DNA of 64,000 bases from Patescibacteria group bacterium (GTDB lineage: Bacteria > Patescibacteriota > CPR2 > UBA1875): the NCBI GenBank assembly GCA_041737595.1, contig JBGSRK010000005.1, forward strand, positions 55,185 through 119,184, written 5' to 3'. The position numbers and the translations under genes are program-made. The notes under the pieces are model-generated. The model was not told the DNA's origin. It did no database searches and worked only from the letters and a program-made list of their open reading frames with translations. Within the stretch, counting starts at the first letter, position 1; each line of letters starts with the position of its first letter. Positions 30,436 to 41,100 of the stretch are shown here, in pieces.

Positions 30436-32937
30436 TTATTTCTTTACTAAAGTTTTTTTCTTCAAAGGAATAAGTTTTAAGCTATCCCCTTCTTTTATAA
30501 CAGAAACGGTATCCCCACTAATAAAATCACCTGAAAGAATTCCATTTGCAAGGGGGTCCTCAATTAAATTTTGGATGGTTCTTCGAAGAGGTCTTGCCCC
30601 GTTTTCAATATCATACCCCTTTTCTATTAGGTACCCTTTTGCTTGCTCGGTTACTGAAAATTTTATTTTTTGTTCGGCGAGACGCTTTATTACTTTAGAA
30701 AGTTGTAAATTAACAATTTTTTTAATCTCCGGCTTACCAAGCGGATGAAAAACAATTATTTTATCTAGACGATTTAAAAATTCTGGCTTAAATTGTTTTT
30801 TTATCCCTGTAATAACTTTTTCTTCAATTTCTTTATAAAGTTTTTCTGCTTTTTTCTTCCCCTTTATTTCAGTAAAGCCAATTTCCTTTGTTTTATAAAA
30901 ATCTGTTGCTCCGACATTTGAAGTCATAATAATAACAGTATTTCTAAAATCTATTTTTAGACCTTTTGCGTCTGTTAAATAGCCATCCTCTAAAATTTGA
31001 AGAAGCATATTAAAAACATCTGAGTGAGCTTTTTCAATCTCATCAAATAAAACGACAGAATATGGCTTTCTCCTTATTAATTCTGTAAGCTGTCCACCCT
31101 CTTCAAACCCAACATAACCAGCAGGGGCACCGACAAGACGAGAAACATTATGTTTTTCCATAAATTCTGACATATCAATTTTTATTAAAGCATCATCTTC
31201 TCCAAACATTTGAGCAGCTAGGGCTTTTGCAAGTTCTGTTTTCCCAACACCGGTTGGCCCAAGAAATATAAATGAACCAATAGGTCGATGCTCATCAGAA
31301 ATTCCAGTTCTAGCGCGTCTAACACTTGATGCAATTTCTTTTATAGCTTCTTCCTGCCCCACTACTCGCTTTGTTAAATTACCTTCGAGTGCGAGTAAAT
31401 TTATTTGTTCTTTTTCGATTAAACGTGTAACTGGTATGCCTGTTATATTTGCGATTACTTCAGCAACAGATTCTTCATCAATCGCTAGCCCGTTATCTGT
31501 AACGCCTTCTTTTTCCCGCATTTTTTCTAGCTCTATTTCTAAAAGGTCTTCTTTTTGTTTAAATTCAGCAGCCTCGGCATATTTTTGTGCAAGAACGCAG
31601 TCTTCTTTCTTATTTCTAATTTCTTTAATATTTCGTTCAATATTCTTAATATCTTTATTAACCACACCCTCTTTCACTTTTAATAAAGAAGAGGCCTCAT
31701 CAATAAGATCTATCGCTTTATCAGGTAAAAAACGATCTGCAATATATCTCTTTGAGAGCTTTGCAGCAGCATCTATTGCAGAATCTGTTATTTTAACTCT
31801 ATGATATTGTTCATATTTAGATCTTATACCTTTTAATACTTGGATTGTTTCTTCAACACTTGGTTCGGGGACAATGACAGGCTGAAAACGTCTTTCTAGG
31901 GCTGCATCTTTTTCAATATATTTACGGTATTCATTCAAAGTAGTTGCACCAATAACTTGTATTTCCCCTCTTGATAATGAAGGTTTAAAAATATTAGCGG
32001 CATCTATTGCCCCCTCTGCTGCACCGGCTCCGACAATTGTATGCAGTTCATCAATAAATAGAATAATATCGTCGTTGACTTTCAGCTCATCAATTATTTT
32101 TTTAAGGCGTTCTTCAAATTCACCTCTATATTTTGTACCAGCAATAACTGATGCCAAATCTAGCATCATTATTCTTTTTGAAATTAGAAGTTCTGGGACT
32201 GATTCATTTGCAATTTTTTGAGCTAGACCCTCTATAATCGCAGTTTTGCCCACCCCAGGTTCGCCAATTAAAACTGGGTTATTTTTAGTTCGACGATTTA
32301 AAATTGAGATAACTCTTGCAATCTCTTTTTCCCTACCGATAACAGGGTCCAGGCGATCATCTTTTGCCATTTTTGTTACATCAGTAGCAAAGCCATCAAT
32401 AACTGGTGTTTTTGAATTTTTATCAATTTTATCTGATTTGCCCATACTAGAAAACATCATTTCTGGAGGTAAGTCATCTCCAAATGGTTCTTGATTTGGC
32501 AAACTAGTAAAAATTCCTTCTAATTCTTCACGAATAAAATTTAAATCTCCACGCATCCCTGTGATTATGCGAGAACCTTTTGAATTAGGTAATAAAATAA
32601 TTCCATATAATAAATGTTCAGTCCCAACATAAGAAGAACTATTTTGACTTGCAACCCCAACTGCAAGTTCTAATGCTCGTTGGGCATCATCAGAAAGCCC
32701 ACCAATTTTTACAACACCGGTTAACCCTTGCATCCCGTCGCTCGCTGTTTTTGATCTTTCAAAATCAATTGACATTGAACTTAAAAGATCGGTGGCAACT
32801 GATTTTTTAACAAGTAAAATACCTAAAAGTAAGTGGTCGGAATCTACCATCGGTAGACCACTTGCTTTTGATAACTCTTGTGCATTTACTAACGCGAGCT
32901 TTGCGTTTTCAGAGAATCGGTCGAATTGATTGATCAT
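30436..32937 (-). CDS. clpC: Clp ATPase ClpC
   Basis: Clp-N repeats, [11 protein letters not shown]-like coil, GPTGVGKT. Confidence 0.93.
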   Translation of the reverse strand: MINQFDRFSENAKLALVNAQELSKASGLPMVDSDHLLLGILLVKKSVATDLLSSMSIDFERSKTASDGMQGLTGVVKIGGLSDDAQRALELAVGVASQNSSSYVGTEHLLYGIILLPNSKGSRIITGMRGDLNFIREELEGIFTSLPNQEPFGDDLPPEMMFSSMGKSDKIDKNSKTPVIDGFATDVTKMAKDDRLDPVIGREKEIARVISILNRRTKNNPVLIGEPGVGKTAIIEGLAQKIANESVPELLISKRIMMLDLASVIAGTKYRGEFEERLKKIIDELKVNDDIILFIDELHTIVGAGAAEGAIDAANIFKPSLSRGEIQVIGATTLNEYRKYIEKDAALERRFQPVIVPEPSVEETIQVLKGIRSKYEQYHRVKITDSAIDAAAKLSKRYIADRFLPDKAIDLIDEASSLLKVKEGVVNKDIKNIERNIKEIRNKKEDCVLAQKYAEAAEFKQKEDLLEIELEKMREKEGVTDNGLAIDEESVAEVIANITGIPVTRLIEKEQINLLALEGNLTKRVVGQEEAIKEIASSVRRARTGISDEHRPIGSFIFLGPTGVGKTELAKALAAQMFGEDDALIKIDMSEFMEKHNVSRLVGAPAGYVGFEEGGQLTELIRRKPYSVVLFDEIEKAHSDVFNMLLQILEDGYLTDAKGLKIDFRNTVIIMTSNVGATDFYKTKEIGFTEIKGKKKAEKLYKEIEEKVITGIKKQFKPEFLNRLDKIIVFHPLGKPEIKKIVNLQLSKVIKRLAEQKIKFSVTEQAKGYLIEKGYDIENGARPLRRTIQNLIEDPLANGILSGDFISGDTVSVIKEGDSLKLIPLKKKTLVKK

Positions 32938-32957
32938 CTATTCCTCCGATTGATATT

Positions 32958-34343
32958 TTATACTGTTTCTTCTTTTTTTTCTTCAGCGTTTTCTACAGAA
33001 GGGGTTTCTTCCTTTTGTTCAGCTTCTACAATTACTTCTTTATCTTTTGCACTATCTACAATTTCTGATTCATTCACAGCAGACTCCGCTGATATTTCCA
33101 TGTTTTCAGTATTTTTATCAGCTTCATCCATTATTTTATCTGCGAGATCATCTTGAGCTGTAATTTCTTTTTCAGTTTCTGGTTTAGCTTCAGCCTCTTC
33201 TTGTTTTTCTTTATTTTGTTCTTCTACTGCTTGGATAATTGCAGCTTCTAAATCTTTTTTATCATTTTTCTTTGGTTTCGAAACAGCTGCCTTTTCAACC
33301 CCCTCAACCCCAGCTGTATCAGCTCCTTCGATATCAACATTCCAGCCAGTTAATTTAGCTGCAAGTCGAACATTCTGGCCTGACTTACCAATTGCAAGTG
33401 AAAGCTGATCTTCTGGGACCTTAACGGTTGCTTTCTGTTCTTCTTCATTAAGAGTAATTTCTAGTATTTTAGCGGGTGAAAGTGCATTTTCAATAAATAT
33501 TTTTGGGTCTTCATCCCAAAGTATAATATCTATTTTTTCTCCTCCAATTTCGTTCATTACACCTTGTACACGAATTCCACGTTGTCCAACACAAGAACCA
33601 ACGGGGTCAACCCCATCTTCATTTGAAAAAACTGCAATTTTTGTTCTTGCGCCAGCTTCTCTGGCGATTGATTTAACTTCAACAATTCCTGATGGAATTT
33701 CTGGAACTTCTGTTTCAAATAATCTTTTAACCATTCCTGGGTGTGAACGCGAAAGAACAATTTGTGGTCCCTTAGCTGATTGTTCTACTCGAACAACAAA
33801 AACACGGAATCTTTGATTTGGGTAATATCTTTCACCTGGAATTTGTTCATTTCTGAAAAGAACACCATTAGATTTTCCAAGATCACAAATTATTGTGTCA
33901 CCTTCAACTCTTTGGACTGTACAATTTAAAACTTCACCTTCTTTATCTTTGTATTCAGTAAAAACAATATCTCTTTCTGCTTCACGGATTCTTTGGATTA
34001 TAACTTGTTTTGCTGTTTGTGCAGCAATACGTCCGAAATCAGCTGGAAGATCCATAATTTCAATCATTTCTCCAACTTTTATATCTTTTTTAATTCTAGT
34101 AGCAGCTTCCATAGAAATTTCCATATTTGGATTTTCGACTGTTTCAACTACTTCTTTAGAAACATATACCTCAATAGCCCCACTTTCTTCATTTAAAGTT
34201 ACGCGGACTTCTTGATCTTTTTCTCCATAATCTTTTTTGTAAGCAGCAACAAGGGCTGCCTCTACGGCTTCCATCACTATTTCTTTAGGGATGTTTTTTT
34301 CTTCACATATTTGTGTGATCGCTTGTGCGAATTGTGTTTGCAT
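32958..34343 (-). CDS. nusA: Transcription factor NusA with acidic tail
   Basis: FGRIAAQTAKQVI, S1/KH domains, AIGKSGQNVRLA. Confidence 0.97.
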   Translation of the reverse strand: MQTQFAQAITQICEEKNIPKEIVMEAVEAALVAAYKKDYGEKDQEVRVTLNEESGAIEVYVSKEVVETVENPNMEISMEAATRIKKDIKVGEMIEIMDLPADFGRIAAQTAKQVIIQRIREAERDIVFTEYKDKEGEVLNCTVQRVEGDTIICDLGKSNGVLFRNEQIPGERYYPNQRFRVFVVRVEQSAKGPQIVLSRSHPGMVKRLFETEVPEIPSGIVEVKSIAREAGARTKIAVFSNEDGVDPVGSCVGQRGIRVQGVMNEIGGEKIDIILWDEDPKIFIENALSPAKILEITLNEEEQKATVKVPEDQLSLAIGKSGQNVRLAAKLTGWNVDIEGADTAGVEGVEKAAVSKPKKNDKKDLEAAIIQAVEEQNKEKQEEAEAKPETEKEITAQDDLADKIMDEADKNTENMEISAESAVNESEIVDSAKDKEVIVEAEQKEETPSVENAEEKKEETV

Positions 34344-34516
34344 AATACTCCTCTTATTAAATTGTTATTCAATTGTATTTTTGATAAAAAAATGCCCAAA
34401 CAGAATTGTTTCGACAGTAGATAAATTATACATTATTAAATTATTTAAGTCAAATAATTTGAATTAAAATTCAAAAATCTATTGTATTTAAGTTCCAAAA
34501 ATATTAACATTAATAT

Positions 34517-34717
34517 ATGAAAGAAAAGCATGGTTTCGAAAAAGTTGGTTATGTACCAGAAAAAAAATCAGAACCAATTAATGTTCGTGATATTGGAAAT
34601 AAATTAACAACATTTTTACTTATAATATTTTTTATTGTTGCCGCAGTTGTATTATTTATCTACCCTGGTTATTTCATTAAGCTATTTTCTGAGTTAGGAT
34701 ATCAATTTATGAATTAG
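34517..34717 (+). CDS. Small single-TM hypothetical protein
   Basis: 66-aa ORF with host-like composition. Confidence 0.55.
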   Translation: MKEKHGFEKVGYVPEKKSEPINVRDIGNKLTTFLLIIFFIVAAVVLFIYPGYFIKLFSELGYQFMN

Positions 34718-35060
34718 TAACGTTTTTAATTATTTCTATCTTATCTTTAATTATCGAAACAACATCGACCCGAAAGGGTCCTTTTTCTTTATTTTCTATT
34801 CTATAATTTTCTGCGGTATTAATTATTTTTTTTAATTTGTTCTTTGTCACCATTTCTTTGGGCATCCCAAATCTAATTGAGTTTTTCTTTTTTACCTCAA
34901 CAAAAACAAGAGTTTTATTATCTTTTGCAATAATATCAATTTCTCCGTATCTTGTTCTAAAATTTCTTTCGATAATTTTATATCCAAGTTTAATTAGCTC
35001 AGTTGTAGCTTGATCTTCGCCGCTATCACCTATCTGCTTAGTTGACTTTAAGTATTCCAT
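34707..35060 (-). CDS. YraN/UPF0102 family protein
   Basis: GEIDII..LVFVEVK, RVDVV; downstream of rnhB. Confidence 0.9.
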   Translation of the reverse strand: MEYLKSTKQIGDSGEDQATTELIKLGYKIIERNFRTRYGEIDIIAKDNKTLVFVEVKKKNSIRFGMPKEMVTKNKLKKIINTAENYRIENKEKGPFRVDVVSIIKDKIEIIKNVTNS

Positions 35061-35123
35061 CCACTAAATTATATAATTTTTATGTTTATAATCATACCTT
35101 TTCAAAATAGATCAAAAAGTAAT

Positions 35124-35149
35124 ACTCTCATACATCGATGTATGAGAGT
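35124..35149. repeat. Perfect 26-bp palindrome ACTCTCATACATCGATGTATGAGAGT
   Basis: Self-complementary; same flanks as 592-617. Confidence 0.85.
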
Positions 35150-35164
35150 GCTTATTATTAAAGT

Positions 35165-35764
35165 TTATTTATTTTTTAAAAATGTTTTACGATGTTCGGG
35201 GGTGTGGCCAGATGAATTTAGGGCTTCATAATGTTTTTTAGTACCGTACCCCTTATGTGATGAAAAACCATAATCTTCATATACATTATCTAGACCAGAA
35301 ACAATTCTATCTCTAAAAACTTTTGCAATAATAGATGCTGCTGCGATTGAATATACCTTTTCATCGCCTTTTATTATTGATTTTTGAGTAGTTAGAACAT
35401 CTTCTAATTTAACCGCATCTATAAGTATCAGGTCCATTTTTATATTTATGGATTCTATCGCTATTTTCATTGCTTTTTTAGTAGCTGGAACAATCCCAAT
35501 TTCATCAATTTCTGTTGCTGGAACTAACCCTATTCCAAAATCATCACATTCGTCTAATATAAAATCGAAAAGCTCTTCTCTTGCTTTTTCGGTAAGTTTT
35601 TTTGAATCACGTATTTTTTCGTTCAATTTATGATTTTTAGGGAAAGAAACCGCACCTGCCACCACAGGACCGGCGATACAACCACGACCTACTTCATCAA
35701 CCCCACACGAAGTAAGATTCTTTAACCATGCTTCTTTTTCAAATTCAAAATGTGGGGTTATCAT
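35165..35764 (-). CDS. rnhB: Ribonuclease HII
   Basis: GVDEVGRG, DSKKL, IAAASIIAK, KGYGT. Confidence 0.97.
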   Translation of the reverse strand: MITPHFEFEKEAWLKNLTSCGVDEVGRGCIAGPVVAGAVSFPKNHKLNEKIRDSKKLTEKAREELFDFILDECDDFGIGLVPATEIDEIGIVPATKKAMKIAIESINIKMDLILIDAVKLEDVLTTQKSIIKGDEKVYSIAAASIIAKVFRDRIVSGLDNVYEDYGFSSHKGYGTKKHYEALNSSGHTPEHRKTFLKNK

Positions 35765-35780
35765 ATAACCAGTATAGACT

Positions 35781-35804
35781 AAAAAAGACCCTTCTGGGTC
35801 TTTT
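35781..35804 (-). terminator. Terminator after rplS
   Basis: AAAAGACCC-TTCT-GGGTCTTTT. Confidence 0.7.
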
Positions 35805-36487
35805 TATTTTTCAGTTGGAGTTTCTTCTACTACTTTTTCCGCGTTTTTACCAATTGAATCTTTCTCTTTTGGTTGTTCTTCTTCGGCTTTTTCAACCCCT
35901 GCATTTGTTTCTTTCACTTCATCTACTTGGTGATCAATATCTTCGGAATCTTCATCTTTTTTATCTTCAGATTCAGCTTCTTTTATTTCGGCTTTTTCAA
36001 CCTCTTCTAGTGGGACTTCTTCTGATTCAGCTTCTGCAACCTGTTGTTCTGATAGTTCTGTAATTTCTGCATCCGTTGGTTCTTCTTTTACTTCTGATGT
36101 TTTTTCTGGTTCTTCTTCAGATACATTAACTGCAAGCGCGTCAAACCCCTTTTCTCGTAAACGTGCTGATTTACCTTGAAGTTTTCTAAGATATGTAAGA
36201 TAAGCTTGTCTGACTTTTGCACGTTTTTTTATTTCAATTTTTGCTATGTTTGGTGAATATAATGGATAACTTTTTTCGATACCAACTCCGAAAGATATTT
36301 TTCTTACTAAAAATGTTTTCTTTAAACCACTACCACTTACTTTAAGCACAACTCCTTCAAAAATCTGAATACGTTCTTTATTCCCCTCTTTGATTTTTTG
36401 ATGTACACGAACAGTATCGCCAGACTTTAATGCTGGGATTTTTTTCAGGTATTTTTCTTCAACTTTTTGGACAAGTGTAGTATTCAT
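35804..36487 (-). CDS. rplS: 50S ribosomal protein L19 with long acidic C-terminal extension
   Basis: [30 protein letters not shown]. Confidence 0.96.
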   Translation of the reverse strand: MNTTLVQKVEEKYLKKIPALKSGDTVRVHQKIKEGNKERIQIFEGVVLKVSGSGLKKTFLVRKISFGVGIEKSYPLYSPNIAKIEIKKRAKVRQAYLTYLRKLQGKSARLREKGFDALAVNVSEEEPEKTSEVKEEPTDAEITELSEQQVAEAESEEVPLEEVEKAEIKEAESEDKKDEDSEDIDHQVDEVKETNAGVEKAEEEQPKEKDSIGKNAEKVVEETPTEK

Positions 36488-36562
36488 AAGATTATTCTTT
36501 GCCGTAAGATAATATCAAAAATTAGAGTAAGAGTCAATAAAAATGTCTTTTTACATAGAGTG

Positions 36563-36770
36563 CGAGCCGCCCCGAAGGGGCGGCTCGTTTCCGACAAAGA
36601 GTCGGTCTGGTGTCATCGTTACCCTACCCTGAGGGATTAGAATCCCAAGGGCAACGTACCAGACGAAAAGGTCCTCAGGGCTTTCGGGGACTTGCATTTT
36701 CGTCCAATTTCCGGCTTACGCCAGAATGACAATTGCGCGAATGCGCTAGCCCATTTTGAGTGGGCAGAAG
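36563..36770 (-). ncRNA. Candidate multi-hairpin structured RNA trailer of islet 6
   Basis: Seven consecutive stems on the minus strand including UUCG and GUAA loops. Confidence 0.45.
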
Positions 36771-36779
36771 TAGTTCACG

Positions 36780-36923
36780 TTAGGTAGTCTCTGACACTTT
36801 CTGCTTTGCTCTCTTGTTGGGGTTTGAAAACCTTCCCTCAAGAATAGCAATAACGAACAGAGCGAGACCAATGAAGCCAATGATAGCAGCTACAATATAA
36901 GCTGCAATTCCCAAGGGGATCAT
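36780..36923 (-). CDS. 47-aa single-TM peptide (islet 6, gene 4; not in ORF track)
   Basis: MIPLGIAAYIVAAIIGFIGLALFVIAILEGRFSNPNKRAKQKVSETT*. Confidence 0.6.
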   Translation of the reverse strand: MIPLGIAAYIVAAIIGFIGLALFVIAILEGRFSNPNKRAKQKVSETT

Positions 36924-36929
36924 CTTTCG

Positions 36930-37337
36930 TCACAGATCCAGTGACTTGCGTCGATACTCGTCCGGCTCGTTGTAGCCGAGAAATGAATCCGACTCAACGG
37001 GCTCACATTCGAACCTTGGATGATTCGGACAAGTATCGTTGTGACAGTAGGGAGTCTTGAAACCCTTGACAGCCCCAGGAGCGATTCTCCCAAGACTAGT
37101 TTGGACACGAATGACTTTGTTCGCAAGACAAGGGACAAGTGCTCCATGCTCGCAAACGGTGCCATTCTTACCTGCGATTGCGATTGCCATGCAAGCATCG
37201 AGAACAACGTCTGGATCGTTTCTGTAATCCTCATTCTCGAATTTGAGGAGTGAAAGACCCATTTCTGAAGCAGCTGAAATGGCGTGATTATCCCCAGCCT
37301 TTGCTGCTTCAAGTAGTTCGTGTAATTCTTTGTGCAT
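36930..37337 (-). CDS. Cys/His-rich orphan protein (islet 6, gene 3)
   Basis: AGGAGG SD before MHKELHELL; CEH, CHNDTC. Confidence 0.65.
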   Translation of the reverse strand: MHKELHELLEAAKAGDNHAISAASEMGLSLLKFENEDYRNDPDVVLDACMAIAIAGKNGTVCEHGALVPCLANKVIRVQTSLGRIAPGAVKGFKTPYCHNDTCPNHPRFECEPVESDSFLGYNEPDEYRRKSLDL

Positions 37338-37354
37338 GATTCCTCCTGGTGTGA

Positions 37355-37702
37355 TTAGGCCGTCGCGAATGATGCGTCGGCCTGGGCTGCAACTTGGGGG
37401 ATAGGCACGATATTGATGATGGCCGTGCCACAATTCTGGCACATACCTTCTTCGTAGGCAAGCCGGGTGGCTTCCTGGTGGCACCGATGTGATTCTGTCT
37501 TGACAGAACTCGCACATTCGGGGCAACCACCTTCATAGTAGAAGGTACGCTTCATCTTGCGTGAAACACGACATTTCGAACGAACGACGCCAAGCTTGAA
37601 GCTCGCGTCGTTGAGCGAAAGTGCCATTTCGGTCAGAGTTGGCCCTTGGATTGGCTCAGTCTGATCGCCACGCAAACGATTCCGGGGAATCTTGTCGGAC
37701 AT
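37355..37702 (-). CDS. Cys-rich orphan protein, putative Zn finger (islet 6, gene 2)
   Basis: AGGGAGG SD; CPEC and CQNC. Confidence 0.65.
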   Translation of the reverse strand: MSDKIPRNRLRGDQTEPIQGPTLTEMALSLNDASFKLGVVRSKCRVSRKMKRTFYYEGGCPECASSVKTESHRCHQEATRLAYEEGMCQNCGTAIINIVPIPQVAAQADASFATA

Positions 37703-37815
37703 AACGCTTCCTCCCTCTAGTCTCTGGTTTTCCTTCCTAGGAACCCAGAGAAACTAGGGACCTGCTGGAATTACCATTGCATCACTCCTCTCACACTCCG
37801 TGAGCCTTTTCGGCT

Positions 37816-38037
37816 CTACATTTTATACCACTCACCAACCCCGATAAGGTTGACAAGGGTATGCCACTGAACCTCCCACCAATCACCTAGTGACTTTCGT
37901 GCACTCGGGGTAGTCGTTAGGTATTGAATATACCCAGCAGCAATCAAGATGAATGAACAGGCGATTATAGTAATCGCTATGTTGAGTCCCTCCTTGGGGA
38001 AAGAAATCCCCAAGAGAATAATATCATTAGTAATCAT
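37816..38037 (-). CDS. 73-aa membrane protein (islet 6, gene 1)
   Basis: GGAGGAG SD; hydrophobic helix. Confidence 0.65.
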   Translation of the reverse strand: MITNDIILLGISFPKEGLNIAITIIACSFILIAAGYIQYLTTTPSARKSLGDWWEVQWHTLVNLIGVGEWYKM

Positions 38038-38115
38038 GGCTCCTCCATTGACGTGAACTAATTGACAAGTTACTAGAAGTACCCCTATCTAGGAATACGA
38101 ATTCTCGAAGACCAA

Positions 38116-38144
38116 ATCATATCATATTTGAGCTTAAAAGTCAA
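38116..38144 (-). promoter_or_regulatory. Promoter of islet 6
   Basis: TTGACT-17 nt-TATGAT with TG extension. Confidence 0.75.
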
Positions 38145-38174
38145 TTATCGCTATATTTTTTATGTATTAAAAGT

Positions 38175-41100
38175 CTACTCTCTTCTAGAAAGTAATGCGT
38201 TTATTTCTTCAATTAAGTTTTTATCAAATTCTATTCCAAAAGGCATTTTTACTTTTTTAGGTTCTCCGCCATTGGGCAATAAAACATAAGTTTCAGTCTC
38301 ACCTTTATTCCTAGCAAGAAGTAACTTAAGTGTCGATAAATCTGATGGGGTTACACCTCGCGGGACATCAATAATTGCGTTATCATCCAATTGAACAAAA
38401 TTAGTACTCGGTTTTTTTATTTCAACTACTTTATTTTTCAAATCTTCAATTGTATCAACTAAAATTTTTAACTGATTATCTTTGTTGTTTATCTTCCCCT
38501 TTATATATAAAATTTTCCCTTCAATAATTATACTTTGAAACTTTTCCAATGTATTAGGGAATATAATTAGTTCAGTTGTACCTGTTTTATCTTCAAACAT
38601 AGCAAAAACCATCGGATCATTTTTACGCGTCAAAATCTTATGCAATGATGTAATTACCCCAACTAATTTTGTATCTGTCCCCTCTTTATCAGTAGAAAGA
38701 TCAGCAATCGCATCTACATTTAAAGATAAAATTTTCTCACGATGTGAATCTAGTGGATGTTCTGAAAAATATATTCCAAGAAGTTCTTTTTCAAAACCCA
38801 ATTTTTCTTCTGAGGTTAACTGCTCTTCTGGCTCAACAAGCAGAAGTTCGTGAGCAACCCCATTTTCTTTTGTTGCTTCTCCAAACAGACCAAGTTGACC
38901 ATCTGCAGTACCTTTTTGAACTTGTTGTGCAAAAGTAAGAATCTTTTCAAGATTAAATAAAAGTGTCGAACGATCATTCATATTATCAAATGCCCCACAT
39001 TTAATTAATGATTCAATTACTTTTTTATTTATCTCACTTGCTTTTACTCTCATACAAAAATCTTCAATTGATTTGAATTTACCATCTTTTTCTCGTGCTT
39101 CAAGTATGGCCTCAACAATTCCTGTCCCTACATTTTTTATTGCCTTCATGCCAAATCGAATCCCATTTGTTTTTGGGACAACTGCAAATTCAGAAAATGA
39201 TTCATTCACATCCGGGCCAAGAACTTGAATTTTCATGGATTGAGCCTCAGAAACTTCGATTGTAATACGATCAATATTTTGATAATCAGATGTCATAAGA
39301 GCCGCCATAAAAGCGGATGGATAGTAAGCCTTAAGATATGCTGTCCAATAAGAAATAAGAGCATATGAGGCCGCGTGAGACTTATTAAAGGCATATGCAG
39401 CGAATGATTCCATCCCATCAAAAATCTTATTGGAAAGTTTTTCATCCGCACCACTTGTCTCTTTTGCTCCTTTTACAAATTCTTCTCTCATTTGAGTAAG
39501 CATTGATGCAATCTTTTTCCCCATCGCCTTTCTTAAGGTGTCAGCCTGTCCACCAGTAAAACCTGAAAAATCTTTAGAAATCTGCATAACTTGTTCCTGA
39601 TAAACCATAATACCGTAAGTATTTTTTAAGGCTTCTTCCATTTTTGGATGTTCATAATTTATAGGTTTTCTTCCATGTTTACGGTCAATAAACTCTGGGA
39701 TATTTTCCATTGGACCTGGACGATAAAGTGAAATCATCGCGACAATATCTTCAAAACAGTTTGGTTTAAGCTCTTTAATATATCTTTTCATCCCTGATGA
39801 TTCGAGTTGGAAAACTCCTGTTGTTTGCCCTTTTGCGAGAAGTTTATAGGTTTTTTCATCATCAAGTGGGAGTTTTGAAAGTTCGATTTCTTTCCCATAA
39901 ACTTTTTTAATAATTCGAAGTGCATTTTTAAGTACAGTTAAATTTGAAAGCCCTAAAAAGTCCATTTTAAGTAGCCCTAAATCTTCTATAGCGTGCATTT
40001 CGTACTGGGTATTAGTTGAAATGTCCCCTTTTGTTGCTTTTTGAAGTGGAGTGTAGTTTATAAGATCCTTGGGAGCAATAACAACTCCGGCGGCATGAGT
40101 TGATGAATGACGGGCAACTCCCTCAAGTCTTTGAGCTAAATCTAATAGTTTTTTATAATTACCGCCTTGTTTGTAAAAAGCTGCAAGCTCTGGGACTTCT
40201 TTGATTGATTTTGCAAGTGGTAGATTAGATGGAATCACCTTTGCTACTTCGTCAACTTCTGTATAGGGCATACCAAGGACTCGGCCTGTATCACGAACTG
40301 CATTACGTGCTGCCATGGTCCCAAAAGTAATAATCTGAGCTACTTTTTCTTTACCATATTTTTCAACTACATATTGGATAACTTCATGACGTCTGTCGTC
40401 CGCGAAATCCATATCAAAATCTGGCATAGATATACGATCTGGATTTAAAAATCTTTCAAAAAGTAAATCATATTTAAGTGGGTCAAGTTCTGTAATATTC
40501 ATTGCATAAGCAACAATAGAGCCAGCTCCAGAACCACGGCCTGGGCCTACCAATATTCCATTATCTTTTGCCCAATTTACATAATCTGCTACAACTAAGA
40601 AATATTCCTCATATTTCATACGTTCGATAACTTCAAGTTCATATGCTGCTCTATCTTTTATCTCTTTTGTAATTTTCTCATATCTTTCCGCAAGGCCGCG
40701 AACAACCAACTTTTCCATATAACTTTTTTTTGTTTCGCCTTTAGGGATATCAAAATTAGGAATTAATATTTCATTTTTTTCTGCAAAGGGTAAATAAAAT
40801 TCTTCGGAAAAAGGTTTGCATTTTTCAACAATTTTTAATGTATTTGATATCGCTTCAGGAGTCTCTTTGAAATATTCAATCATTTCTGTCGGTGGAACAA
40901 ATGATTGATCAGAATCAAACTTCATTCTGTTTTCATCTTCCATTAATTTGCCAGTTTGGACACATAAAAGAGCGTCATGAGCCTCATGGTCTTCTTTATC
41001 CACATAATGGACATCTTTAGTTGCAACTAAATTAGCAATATTTTTTTTCGCAAAATTTATTAAAAGTTTATTTGCCTTTTCTTGGTCGGGGAAACCGGGG

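Noticed and set aside
36563-36785. Islets as integron cassettes (ACCTAAC at the islet 6 stop fits the attC R'' box)
   Set aside because: No matching GTTRRRY R' box closing the hairpins, no tandem array and no integrase in the window; the other islets do not fit RYYYAAC
38048-38076. Plus-strand promoter TTGACG-17-TACTAG that could make an antisense RNA to the islet 6 leader
   Set aside because: The -10 lacks the conserved final T and no terminator is visible; too weak without RNA data
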